Shown in pieces: positions 1 to 12,934 of a DNA stretch of 52,798 nt. Under the pieces are notes generated by a model that saw only the letters and a program-made list of their open reading frames with translations, did no database searches and was not told the origin of the DNA. A program made the translations under genes and the position numbers. The stretch is taken from NCBI RefSeq assembly GCF_006345805.1, contig NW_021834149.1, positions 1-52,798 on the forward strand. The letters are read 5' to 3'. Numbering within the stretch: the first letter of the stretch is position 1; every line of letters begins with the position of its first letter. The stretch comes from Octopus sinensis (taxonomy: Eukaryota).

Positions 1-59
1 CTTAAAGTCTTTGTTCAATGCGAATATAATGGTTTTTCTGATTCAACTTTGACTGAAGT

Positions 60-790
60 CTTTTATACAGTATGGTGTCATTTAATCACTTACTATGACT
101 CATGTCGTACCACATTACCAATTGTGTGATTCACAGACTGCTGCGTCCGTTTTTATACTGATAGTGCTATTTTATCGCTATGACTCATAGGCAGCTAGAA
201 CACCTAGTACTCAAATACGGTGACTCGTAGGCTTGTGTAAGCCTTCTTATATAATCTAATGCTATTTTATCGCTGCGACTCATAGGCAGCTAGAACACCT
301 AGTACTCAAATACGGTGACTCACAGACTAGTGTAATTCTTCTTATATACAATAGTGCCAATTTATCACTGACTCACAGACAGCTGGAACTCCTACTGAGT
401 CACTTTATCAATCACAGTGACTCATGACCTAGCATAAACCTTTTTATACAGCATGGTGCCATTTTATCACTGTGACTCACAGACATCTGGAACTCCTATT
501 TCTCAATCAATGTGACTCGTAGAGAAGTGTAACTCTTCTTACTCACAATAGTGCCATTGTATTACTGTGGATGAAAGACAGCTGCAACTCTGTTGCTCCG
601 CTTTATCAATCACGGTGACTCATAGCCTAATGTAAACCTTATACGGAGTGGTGTTATTTTATCACTGTGACTCACAAACAGCTGGCACTCCTAGTAATGT
701 ACCGTTTTATCACAGAGACTCAAAGACAAATATAACCCCTGTAATGGTGAATAGTAAGCATTATGTCAATTACATTGTGACTCAGATAAC
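60..790. repeat. Degenerate minisatellite, ~95-100 bp unit made of two ~47 bp TGACTCA-containing subunits
   Basis: gctattttatcgct..gactcataggcagctagaacacctagtactcaaatacggtgactc recurs at 166 and 261; diverged units start near 356, 458, 553 and 650. Confidence 0.85.
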
Positions 791-989
791 AATAACCACC
801 GATGCGGTGCCATTGGGAAAATCATTTTCATTTTATTGCCGACAACGTAGCGTTTCATGCGAAATAGATAAGAGAACAAATAGATTTATATCTGAAGCCT
901 GCGTTTTACCTTCTGACGCATGCGCGCGCGCCTCTGCCTATGTGTATCAATGTACATAGATGTGCATGTATATATGTATGTATGTATAT

Positions 990-1035
<46 letters not shown>

Positions 1036-1172
1036 ACATATACATTTCTATATGCGTATATATATACACACATATATATATGCATACACACATACATGCA
1101 TTCATATATTATACAAAATATATACACACATATAATATAATATATATATACAGACAGACACACATGTATGTA

Positions 1173-1220
<48 letters not shown>

Positions 1221-1993
1221 ACACCACATATATATATATATTAAATTCTTTATATTATATCTATTTTTAATATTCGTGCGATAGGTGAGCAGAATGGCGG
1301 AGTGACGAATGAATGTAAAAAGATAGAAAACATCAAACCTTTGTTATTTTCTTAAAAGGAATCAAATGTTCCTTTTTTTCTTCTTTGTTTGCATGTTTTA
1401 TATTTTTTATTTTCGTTCTTTTTATATTTTGATGGTTTTTGTGTTTCTTTTTCTCCATTTCCAATAAAATATGAAATGCCATGCAATATTTTAAATGTGA
1501 TACATTTTGTGTTGTTATAAGAGGTTGGTGTGCTAAAGAGGTGTGACAGGGGGAGATAATAACGGGCAAACTATTCCATTCTCTTACAGACATGTATGCA
1601 TGTTTGCGTGTCGCTGCATGTGTGTCAGTCTGTGCGTGGTCTTGTGTGTGTGTGTATGTGTGTGTTTTGTGTCAGTGTGTCTATGAATAACGAAATGTTC
1701 CGAGTAATCCATTTAGATTTTTATTTTGGTTGGGTTGGAAAAAATATTGTCTACATACTGGCATATGGGTGTGTATGTATGTTTGTGTATGTGTGTGTAT
1801 GAATACTGAAATGTGTGTGTGTATGTGCGTGGATGTGTGTGTGTGTGTATAAGTGTTCATATATGCGCATATATAATTAAATGTACGCATTTTATTTTTA
1901 AAAATTTTCGTGTACTTTTGTTTTCTCTTTGAACTTCGTATATATGTACACACACATACACATGTATATATATATATATAATATATATATATA

Positions 1994-2058
<65 letters not shown>

Positions 2059-2250
2059 CGTATATGTGTGTGTGAATGCGTGTGTATGCATGTATCGATG
2101 TATGTGTGCGTATGTACAACTAAGATCAAACAGATCGGACTGGAGGAAAGGTATTAGACATTACATACGGTTTTTACAATATATATTATATTATAGAATG
2201 ATAGATTTATATATAGAGAGACAAACAGAGAGACAGGCAGGCATACAGAC

Positions 2251-2337
<87 letters not shown>

Positions 2338-3407
2338 ATATATACGGTATTATGTATGATATAATGTGCAGTAAATGGCTTTATTAATTATATCTGATAT
2401 ATGATATTATATATAGTTGATGTTATATTTTGTACTAGGACACTTAAAAAGGCAAAATCGATTATATGGAAGTATTATTTCATATGGTCTCCCAATCATA
2501 AGAAAACGTCCTTTCGAAATAATATTAAAAAGATCATAAACCCTGAAACGGTTCTCTTACCTTAAATGGAACCTTCACTCCTCTATTTCTTAGTAACTTC
2601 TCTATCTCTCTCCCTTTCTTTCTTCGAAAGTGACTGTAGGTGACAGCACCAGCTGCCCGTAGTCAAATTTTCCACGTTTGTATAAGTTGTGATTTTAAAT
2701 TCGATCTGAACATCTGCAACACATAGTCGACCTCTGCCTGGTTTGAACACTTGAATGTACGGGTGACCAACAAAGTAGTGAAAAGTATTTTTCTGACATT
2801 CTACCGACTATATAAATATCTCGCAACTGAGGCATAAAGTATGTTATTTCATCTACTCTAAAACTTGTGTAGTATTTATCTTACCACCCCAGTTTTGTAA
2901 AAAGACAAAGCTATCTCTGTGGAATTTGAACTGAAAGTATAAAGGTTCCGATTAAATATTACAAGGCATTTAAGCAGATGCTTCACCAACTCTGCAAAGT
3001 AACAAAACCTTAAATATGGCGGCCAACCAGTAGTCGAAGTTATGACTGCCTAGTTTGTATCAACTTTACAGAGGTGAACATAAAGTAACAAATAATAAAA
3101 ATACAAAATGATATTTTCATATAGCAAATGTTTTCAGATAATAGTTTTACTGTAAAAATATTAGTATATGTTTTCACAAGATCAGATTTACACACAAAAG
3201 GAAAAAAGACAGAGAATCACATATTACTGAAAATTTTCCATGTTGTAAAAAATGGTTTTGTGCAAAAAAAAAGAAGCTTTCATTTAAAAAACGTTTCATT
3301 GAATAAAGTTTCTGTGCACATTGTAACCAAAAGAGGTTTTTATATAGAATGAAAATCACACACACACACACACAGAAGCATACATTCAGACATATATACA
3401 TATACAC

Positions 3408-3504
<97 letters not shown>

Positions 3505-3556
3505 TTTGTATATGTATATTTATATATGTATATTTATATATGTATGAATGTTTGTG

Positions 3557-3591
<35 letters not shown>

Positions 3592-3736
3592 GCGTGCGTG
3601 TGGATATCCAGAATGAAGGAATCCAATTCCGAAAAATTGAAATGCATGGTAAAAACATACACTCGTATTTTTAGCCTTTAAAAAAATTAAATTATCTATC
3701 TCTCTTTATACGATGTTACATGCGAGCTATACCACT

Positions 3737-3783
<47 letters not shown>

Positions 3784-3789
<6 letters not shown>

Positions 3790-4058
3790 TTGGTGTTGCA
3801 CTCACGAACTCACGATTACGAGATCGTGGTTTCGAATCCCAGACCGTTGCGTTTGTTTTCATGAGCAAAACACCTCATTTCACGTTGCTCTGCGATCATT
3901 TCGTCATCTGAAATGTGGCACGTCGTAATGTCGGTCTGATGGAGAGAGTTAACTTATATGAACAAAAATATTTGACCACTTTAGACAAATCATATGTGTG
4001 GTTGTTCAACAAGGAATTGCAGAACCCTTGTTCTTCGCCTAACGACGGGAGAGTCCAT
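3784..4058 (+). mobile_element. Degraded tRNA-derived SINE (family B-like head)
   Basis: B-box-like ggtttcgaatccc followed by tgagcaaaacacctcatttcacgttgctc, shared with the copy at 20395-20652. Confidence 0.7.
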
Positions 4059-4068
4059 GATAGGCACA

Positions 4069-4290
4069 CAGTGTGTCCGTAAATTCATGGCGGGATTTCA
4101 AAATTATTTACTGATGTTTATTTATGTAACTTGAAATACTACACATTTTATATACACGTTGAATAAGAGAAGGCACACTAATAACGTTTACATAGAATTT
4201 AGTACAATTCGATGTGGCTTTCATTTGTCGCCTTACACACATCTAATCCATACTCCAGTCAACTGAATAAAGGAAATTTTACGGACACAA
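4069..4290 (-). mobile_element. Tc1/mariner-derived MITE
   Basis: TIRs cagtgtgtccgtaaattc / gaaatttacggacaca; the internal minus strand reads LEYGLDVCKATNESHIELY*, resembling a Tc1/mariner transposase C-terminus. Confidence 0.65.
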
Positions 4291-4339
4291 CAGGTGTGTA
4301 TATATACATATATATATATATGTATATGTGTGTGTGTAT

Positions 4340-4379
<40 letters not shown>

Positions 4380-4380
<1 letters not shown>

Positions 4381-4570
4381 GGTATTTTTATATAGACTTA
4401 AAATATGCCGATCACCATGCAATGACTAAAGAAAGTAGTCTAATGAAGGGGCATATAAGCCTCTTGCTCGGTGATCGCCATACGATTTAAGCCTATATAA
4501 AAATACTATTATTACTATTTATAGGATTGGATTGTATAATATGGCACCGTATAAAAAACATTCGTACCGA
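4380..4570. mobile_element. Inverted-repeat insert in (TA)n, probably PLE-derived; a related fragment lies at 6217-6292
   Basis: tggtatttttatatag..gatcacc (4380-4417) is inverted at ~4470-4508; the same left arm recurs at 6217. Confidence 0.5.
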
Positions 4571-4589
4571 AATATATATATATATATAA

Positions 4590-4855
4590 ATATTAAAATT
4601 ACTAAGTCTCTCTAAAGGAGATTACGGCAGCGTTACTGGATATTAATAGTTATCGCCATACTAATATGGCAGTCTAAATATAAGACTAAAGCTGTCGCTG
4701 ATTAGCTCCAAGAGGCCACCGCCTCTAGCTAGCTATATGACACACGAACCTGCGTCCATTACAACCTTCGAACAGGGGAGGACAGCCGCTTCACCTTGCT
4801 AGTCAGACATCTGCATACATGTTTCAGGGTTGTTGCCCTTTATCAATGCAGCGTA

Positions 4856-4856
<1 letters not shown>
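4590..4856 (-). mobile_element. PLE/retrozyme-like non-coding fragment flanked by (TA)n
   Basis: Carries a hammerhead near its minus-strand 5' end; the body resembles the arms of the 14462-14807 inverted repeat (ctata..acacga.ctg.gtcc.t.a...gaaca.ggga). Confidence 0.7.
4811..4851 (-). ncRNA. Minimal type I hammerhead ribozyme, U3-A8 core variant
   Basis: Minus strand: ctgca TTGATAA aggg caacaa ccct GAAA catg TA | tgcag; 5 bp stem I, 4 bp stem II, palindromic CATG stem III, GUA triplet. Confidence 0.8.
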
Positions 4857-5332
<476 letters not shown>

Positions 5333-6101
5333 CAACTTATAAACGAGGGCTAAAGAAAATTATTTCTCTGCCAATGTGCTGATAACAGACTTTTAAATCG
5401 TCAATTTCCACACATTTACTCGCTACAGAAAACACGTAGAGCTGAAAACGGGGAAAGCCAGCCATGGCATAGAAATAATTTTCTTTAGCCCTTATTTATA
5501 AGTTGTTCATAATTTTAACCTTAAAGGTATTTTAATATGCTGCCACATTTTTTGATGGAATTTATTTCTGTAAAAAAACTTCATCCTTTATTAGTAGTAG
5601 ACTTATTACTATTCGCTATAGGGACTGGCAACCACTATAAGCTGTAGTGGCGGACAGTTCACACGTGTGCTGAGGCTGACCAAAGGATTTTATTTTTAGG
5701 TATATCTGGGGTACTTATATGTGCTCATGATTTTTGCTTCGGCTTTTTTTCATGGGCGCATATAAGTATCTTATTTATGTCTTTTCGTATTTTCTACTGA
5801 AGAGGAAAAAATCTATTATGAGATTAATTCCGAAATTGATTCAATATAGAAATAACGAACTTTTTTAAAAATTCTGTTGGCTAGCTTTCCTCGTTTTCAG
5901 CTGTACGTGTTTTCTGTAGCGAGTAAATAATATGTGGAAATTGACGATTTAAAAGTCTGTTATCAGCATATTGGCATAGAAATAATTTTCTTTAGTCCTT
6001 ATTTATAAGTAGTTTATAATGTTAACCTTAAAGGTATTTTAATATGCTGCTGCATTTTTTGGTGGAATTTTTTTCTGTAAAAAATCTTCATCCTTTATTA
6101 G

Positions 6102-6103
<2 letters not shown>
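5333..6103 (+). mobile_element. Retrozyme/PLE-like element: 507-bp unit with 132-bp direct repeats plus an inverted 5' segment, in (TA)n
   Basis: 5465-5596 is repeated at 5972-6103; 5335-5464 is the reverse complement of 5878-6010; internal hammerhead; no ORF. Confidence 0.85.
5784..5859 (+). ncRNA. Type I hammerhead ribozyme, canonical core
   Basis: ttcgt-at-tttcta CTGAAGA ggaa aa aatct attatg agatt aa ttcc GAAA ttg att caa TA | tagaaa-ta-acgaa; predicted cleavage after 5846. Confidence 0.9.
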
Positions 6104-6173
<70 letters not shown>

Positions 6174-6315
6174 TATATATATATTATATATATATATATA
6201 TATATGCATATATATATGGTATTTTTATATAAGCTTACAGCTTATGGCGATCACCGTGCAAGGACTAAGGAAAATAATCTAATTATGGGCTTATATATAT
6301 ATACATACACACACG

Positions 6316-6361
<46 letters not shown>

Positions 6362-6364
6362 TAT

Positions 6365-6560
6365 AGTAAATCCAAAATAGAAGAATAAACACAAAAACAA
6401 CAACGCAAGGACGTGGTACACGTAAAGTATTAGCAAACGTTCAGGGAAAGAACGAAAGATGGTTTAACGTTTCGAGCAGGCGTTCTTCTTCAGAAACAGA
6501 GGAAAGTCCAATAGAAAGGAAGACGGAGGAAGAAAATCGCCAACGATTCACATGTGGTTA
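6365..6560 (-). mobile_element. PLE-like terminal fragment in (TA)n
   Basis: Contains a hammerhead; similar layout to 28400-28600 (gtattag...cg.tcagg...acgtttcgagc..g.tcttc..cagaaa). Confidence 0.65.
6462..6497 (-). ncRNA. Minimal type I hammerhead, slightly degenerate
   Basis: gttt CTGAAGA a gaac gcct gctc GAAA cg TT | aaac; one mismatch in stem II. Confidence 0.65.
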
Positions 6561-6569
6561 TATTTATAA

Positions 6570-6626
<57 letters not shown>

Positions 6627-7092
6627 CATGTATGTATGTATGTATGTATGTATGTATGTATGTATGTATGTATGTATGTATGTATGTATAGCATTGAACA
6701 ACCAGAAACATCGTCATTGGTTGTTGTCTCCGCACGACTTTCTCTTCGCATTCGTCCAGTGATGAAGCTTTTCCTTTCTGTACTTCAAGTTACTCAGACT
6801 TATGCAGTGATATCTAGTTTTTAGTCCTACATCTCGCAGCTAACGTTCGCTGTTTTATTCACTTTTAGTCTACATTAATCAGTCATCTTATTAATTATTT
6901 ACCAGTTTATTTCTTACCAGCAAGAACATATTTTATAATTCATTTTTCATTTTTATTTTCTGATCATTTAATTATTTCTGCTATTGTGACCCTATCCTTT
7001 TCACATCTGTCTCTGACATCAGTTTCTTTTTCATATTTGTCCATTTCTCATCGTTAATTCTTTTAGTTTCTCTTCATTCTTTTCTATACTGA

Positions 7093-7520
7093 GACAGCAA
7101 CCAGGCAGAATCATTAGCACATCGAACGATATGTCTAACGGCACTTCTTCCGGTTCCTTGTGTGCTGAACTCAAATGCCGCTGAAGTCAGCTTGTCTTTT
7201 CTTCCTTACCGCTGTAATCGACTACCCCACCACCACCAACAACAAAAACAACAACAACAGGAACCAAACTGCCGTAATTTGAAACATTACTCTTCATTAG
7301 ATAAGGCGACAAGATGCTAGAATCACTAGCACGCTGGAGTAAATGTTTAGCGGCATTTCTTCCTAATCTTTACGTTCTGAGTTCAAATTACGCAGTAGGC
7401 AACTTTGCTTATCACCTTCTGAGGGACCAATAAAGTAAGTACCAGCTAAGCACAGGGGTCAATATAATAGACCTGCTCTACTTCCGCAGAATTTCGAGCC
7501 TTGTGTCTTGAGTAGAAAGG
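7093..7520 (+). mobile_element. Two degraded copies of tRNA-derived SINE family A
   Basis: ggcagaatcattagcac...ctgaactcaaatgccg and gaatcactagcacg...ttacgttctgagttcaaatt...aagtaccag match the family consensus seen throughout the window. Confidence 0.8.
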
Positions 7521-7529
7521 ATTTTTCTT

Positions 7530-9290
7530 CATTACATATTTTTGTAAGCCATTTCATATTTTACGTTTTATTTTTAAATTTTAGTTTCAGAAACTCCTCT
7601 TTCTATTCCTTTGTCTTTCCTGTAAATATAAACTCATTACTTCCACTTCAGAATATCATAACTGTTAGTTTTACTCAAGGAATTAAATTATTCATACGTA
7701 AAGTTTTGGCATCAAACACAGTTTGTTTTATTATTCTTGTACTTTATTCAATATATTTATTATACCACCAACTTTTGTATGTAGTGTATTCTAACTTATT
7801 CATTAATTTCTAAATATCTGTAAATTTACTGGAGGAGGATAGTTCATTCACTTGTCTATATTTCTTTATTTCAAATAATATTAGCGATTCTTACGTATTA
7901 ACTTATCAATTGGTTTTGAAATTCTGTTTGGAAACTTTCGCGAAAGCAACTCTAAAGAACGCCGTATTAGTGAAGTTCATTAATGTTCTTTTCTTAACGG
8001 CTGACTTAACACATTTATCCAAATTGAATTTCATGACAATTTCCCTGGTGAATCTAGGTTTTTCCAGTTGTTTATCATCTACAATAAACATCTTTGGTGG
8101 ATCTGTATACAAAAAGTGGTTTATTATCATCCCATAAGACTTGTATATGTATCAAGCATGGTTTACCAAGTTGATTAAATGTATGAAAGGCGAGACATGA
8201 AAGTTTTTCGTTTCTTTTAAAAGGGATGAGATTAGTTTATTAAAATTCCGACATTTTGTTTGGGTCTATAGACGTGTTTTCCATCTCCTTGTATATTTGA
8301 TGTAACCTACATCTTATTGGTGCTACCTTGCTAATGGATAAAGTTTATAGAATCTACGAGTGGAGAACACTGTCAAAATCTATTTGCAAATCAATCTATG
8401 ACATGTTTATACTCTTCCTACTCCTCCCACAGTTTTCTAATAACAGTTATTGATCCTTATATCAATATGAGATTTGCGAAATCCCTGTTTCTTAAAGTCT
8501 CGTGTTTTATTCGCCAGAGCAGGGTTTATCCTTTGATACAACATTATTGTTAAGACTTTGTATATTGTAAGCAGCTAAATTTTGGCTCTGGTGTTTCGTG
8601 ACTCGTGGAGCGGATAGTTCAAGGATAATTCAGCATTTGTTCAATAGTTCAATATCTGTGCAAGTAAATACGGTTACCTGCAAGAGACTCTAAGCAGAAA
8701 TTTGGAATTTTTTATACTTACAGTCGTTTCTAATTGTTGAAGTCTTGCAGTATCTGCGCCACTTCTCAACAAATTTCTTCCCATCATTCTTCAAATACAA
8801 CGTCATCAACAACATTGACGCCAATATATCCTATTTCTTTCCTAGTGATTCCCTATAGGGGCCGGCTTTTGCTTTGTCTTCTTGATAAATAGTTTTATTC
8901 ACCGAACTATTGTCTATTTTTTATAACGATGTATTCTTTACGATTTAGCGAGGATCTCTTGTTCAAGACGTTCTTTCCTTTCCATTCATTTTGATTTGCT
9001 GTCCTTCCATTCGTATTTTCTCCTCTTCTCTTTTGTCTATCTTTTCTATCTTTTTTTGTTGTTGACGTCATTTGCATCAGCTTAGATGATCCGATATGAA
9101 TGGTTTTCAGGAAGTCCCAATTTTTCATTCTAACTACCAAGTCTGTCGTATGTATTATTTGATTTATTCTGATAATATGATATTCATGTTTACATCTGCT
9201 TCCCGCACGTCTAAGATTTTTACGATTGTTGCTATTTTTTCGAACGGAGGAACATTTGTCGATCTGCTGGAAGACCTTATATAGATTTTA
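7530..9290 (-). pseudogene. Old R4/Dong-type RT relic
   Basis: IINHFLYTDPPKMF...IVMKFNLDKCVK aligns by eye to ISHLFYMDDLKLY...IGMEFGLEKCAK of the 36.8-38.7 kb ORF; many stops and frameshifts. Confidence 0.65.
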
Positions 9291-10055
9291 ATTCTTTAAT
9301 TCCAGCTTCACATTACACAATATTCAAAACGTCCATCTTTACAACGTCCTACATTAGATATTACAGTGTCCTACTCTCAAATATTGGTTTCAAATTGTGG
9401 CACAAGGCCAGTAATTTTGAGGGAAGGTAGCGATTTCAGCCTAATTCGATCTCATTAGTTTTGGTTGTGTTAGAAGTCAACAAACATGAGATAAACTGGA
9501 TAGATGTGTTTATTTTATCAAAATATCACACTCGGCTCTGGGTTTCGTCCTAAGTTGGCCATGGCTGTCTGACCACTCGACGGCGCAACTTATAGGCCTC
9601 TGTCATTCATGTGTGTTTGTATGTCTGTACTGTTGTGCGCATGCATGTAAATATGTATTTGTGTATGTATATACGTAGTATGTATGTATGTGACTGTCTG
9701 TCTGTCTGTCAGTCTGTATGTATGTATGAATGTATGTATGTATGTATGTATGTATGCTTATATATATGGATGGCTGTAGTTATGTGTACATGTAAGTTCG
9801 TGGGTATTCTTTCTCTTTTATTTTTAATTTGGAGTACATTTTGATCGACCTCCTGCTTAGTAACAAGATTGTTAAGAAAAAGCATCTTCTTTTATGCATC
9901 ATCCTTTAAATCTTAAGAACATCTTGCTAATCTTTATAGTCCCGGATCACGTGATCATTTGTAGTGTATGAATTAAAGAATTGCATTAACTCCCCATGAA
10001 TCCGAGTTCAGCCATACTTTACGCCAGAGGAGTTGATACATATTTTGCTGCTCCA

Positions 10056-10094
<39 letters not shown>

Positions 10095-10099
10095 TAATA

Positions 10100-10138
<39 letters not shown>

Positions 10139-10157
10139 CAACAACAACAACAATAAC

Positions 10158-10200
<43 letters not shown>

Positions 10201-10816
10201 GGGTATACAGCATACGCTATTATCCCACCGCCCGGAGATGGTGGGGTTGAGCCTCTGTCCCGACCACAGACCATACGACGTGTGACGACTGTCCACTTGA
10301 TGAGGACTAAGTCTAGAACGGCAGGTGAGTCGAGTCCAAGTCTTCCCCCAGCCCTGCGGTGGTTGTGGAGTGGAATCGTGAAGGCATCGTCGAAAAGGAA
10401 AATGCAAAAATCCTATGGGATTTTATAATTCAGCGCGACCATGTGATAGAGAATAGGAAACCAGAAATAGTCTTAATTGAGAAAGAAAGCAAACGATGCT
10501 GGATCATAGATACAGCATGTCCGGCTGACAACAAGGTTTGCGATAAGGAAGAAAGAAAAGTTGATAGATATAACAGGTTAGCTTGAGAGGTTAAGCAGTT
10601 GTTGGAGACCCGGGAACAGTGAGTAAAAATCTTGAAGAAGTACATGGAACAAATAGGGGCTACAATAAGGATGGAGCACTTGCAGAAAACAGCACTGCTT
10701 GGAACCGCTCGAATACTCCGGAGGGTGCTCGAAAAATAAGAGGTGTTATCTTAGTTCACTGGTAGTGAACAGCTAACACCGTAGTACATCTCCAGCGTTA
10801 GAAGCTGTGCAAAGCC
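10201..10816 (+). mobile_element. Short R4/Dong-type RLE retrotransposon derivative between (TAA)n tracts
   Basis: Flanked by (TAA)n at 10057-10200 and 10817-10960; ~170 bp GC-rich non-coding 5' part fused to an RLE C-terminus and a short 3' UTR. Confidence 0.85.
10371..10739 (+). pseudogene. RLE endonuclease C-terminal fragment
   Basis: KILWDFIIQRDHVIENRKPEIVLIEKESKRCWIIDTACP...KVDRY, then LQKTALLGTARILRRVLEK*; internal stop and deletion. Confidence 0.85.
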
Positions 10817-10825
10817 AATAATAAC

Positions 10826-10962
<137 letters not shown>

Positions 10963-11101
10963 GTAAGAAACTGTAAATGTATCTTGGATACTGGATTTAC
11001 AAACTCCCTATCAATGGTCTGTAGATGTTTTCATTCTCTTGTATTTTCTGACCATATTGATATCCAGAGGTCAGCTAGCTGATTTCCAGACTTTATGTAT
11101 A

Positions 11102-11322
11102 CAGTAATCTCTCGCCATATTGCGGTTCACCTATCGCAGTTTATTATTTTAGCTTATGTCGATTCCTCCATGGTGTTATTTTGCAATGATAATAAAATAA
11201 ATATATTCAAATTATAAAAATAATTTTAAAATATACAGTACAGTACGGTTTCTACTCCGCGGATTTTCAACTACCGCGGGGGATTTTGGCATGTAACACC
11301 CGTGATAATCGAAGGATTACTG
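11102..11322. mobile_element. pogo/Tigger-like MITE
   Basis: TA|cagtaatctctcg ... cgaaggattactg terminal inverted repeats. Confidence 0.65.
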
Positions 11323-12059
11323 TGTGTGCATATATGTATGTATTTACGTATCTATGCATGTATATATGTATATGTGTGTATGTATGTATTTATATGTATT
11401 TATGTATTTATGTATGTATCTATGTATGGTTTATGCATGTATGTACGAATGCGTGTGTTAATGTATATATGTATGTATTAGATTTAAACCCGGGTGAAAA
11501 CTGAAACCGGCTCCTGATGAGAACTTAGTTCCTATAGAGTGATGATTGATTTATTAGCACTTTTGACATCAACTTTCTACGCCGAACTTTAAACGATATT
11601 GTACAACTTTAATAATCACCTTCTCAAACTGGCCTGCAATAACACAATGGCCCTCTATCACCTTCTTTCAATGTTCATTGGCGGAATGTCCTTATTTGGT
11701 GTATGTGTGTATGTGTGCACATATATCTGTGTGTGCGTGTTCGTATGTATATATACATATGTATATGTGTGCATATGTGATGTTTTAGTTGTTGTCTTCT
11801 GTTACTATTCCATTTCTCTATTGACAAGTTATCTCATGCTCGTGCTAAATACGATAAAACAGTAATCTATGCTCGATATTGCACATCTGTTAATGACAGG
11901 AATAATGATTTGGTTATATGGATGACTTCTTTTTACTTTTCTCGTTTTTTTATCTTTTTGTTGTTGTTGTTGTTGCCATTTGTTTTGCTTTGTTTGTTCT
12001 TGTTTTTTTTTTACAACAGAACACATAGTTTCTTTTCATTTCGCTATCTTTCACACCAT

Positions 12060-12530
12060 TCTGCTGACATCTACGCCTAATTAACTATCAATTTGAAATT
12101 ATCCAGCTTTCGTATTATTTCGTCTCTATCGAATTGCAAATCATCCATTCGACTTGTTAGTCCATCATCTCGATGTATTGTCAGCTTTCTACATAACTCA
12201 AGGCCAAATGAGATTTTGATGTTTTCACTAAATTGGTTGACAAAGCTGAAGAAATGTTCAAGCAACACACCATTTCGTTATTACACTATCCACAATCACG
12301 TTATCTACCAAAACAAAATGGCGGGTGAACGAGGTCTTCGTTCGACTTCTCTCTTCCAACAAATTGGCTGTTTGCTTTTGCCAACTAACTATAAGTTAGA
12401 CCAGCAGATCAGAAACCCTAATTATTTGAAATATCCCTGAGGATATTTTAACGAGATTGGAATTAACAACATTAGCGTTATTGGAGTTTGTAATAAACGT
12501 CTGCCACATTCTAATTGTTAATTTAGTGAC
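12060..12530 (-). pseudogene. Old R4/Dong-type RT fragment
   Basis: FVNQFSENIKISFGLELCRKL resembles TVKSFSDDIGMEFGLEKCAKA. Confidence 0.55.
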
Positions 12531-12880
12531 ATCAAATTTATGAACTTTCAGGAATTTTAATGAGTTTTACTGGAAAGAAACAAATGTATTTATTTTTATT
12601 ATCACTTCAACTAAATTACAGGGGTCTTTTTTTTATTATTATTTCAAAATGTTACACAATCTAGAACTGATGAAATGTTTAGAGTGAAGATGAGCAAGTC
12701 TGATTCAGCTGATGACGGAGGTTGAGTCGCCGGAGCATCGAAGAGAACGAACAGCGACTTTTTGTCCCGGTGCTTTGCACTCATAGTTCAAATACTACCG
12801 ACTCCAACTTTCTTTCTCATCGATAAATAAAGTACCATTCAAGTACTGTAAGCAATTTCTACTTTTTTCTCTCTGTGTCT

Positions 12881-12934
<54 letters not shown>

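Noticed and set aside
60-790. CRISPR-like repeat/spacer appearance
   Set aside because: Inter-motif sequences are homologous to each other, the context is eukaryotic, and there are no cas genes
648-959. 103-aa ORF with FYHCDSQT repeat
   Set aside because: Arises from the minisatellite; unit lengths do not keep frame and upstream units contain stops
9850-10056. Possible further RT-like fragment next to (TAA)n
   Set aside because: No motif could be aligned with confidence
10288-10330. ttgatga ggac taa gtct agaac hammerhead-like string
   Set aside because: No intact GAAA, unpaired 3-8 positions, and no convincing stems I/III
11512-11540. CTGATGA gaac tta gttc
   Set aside because: Stem II is present but not followed by GAAA or stem III; at most a remnant
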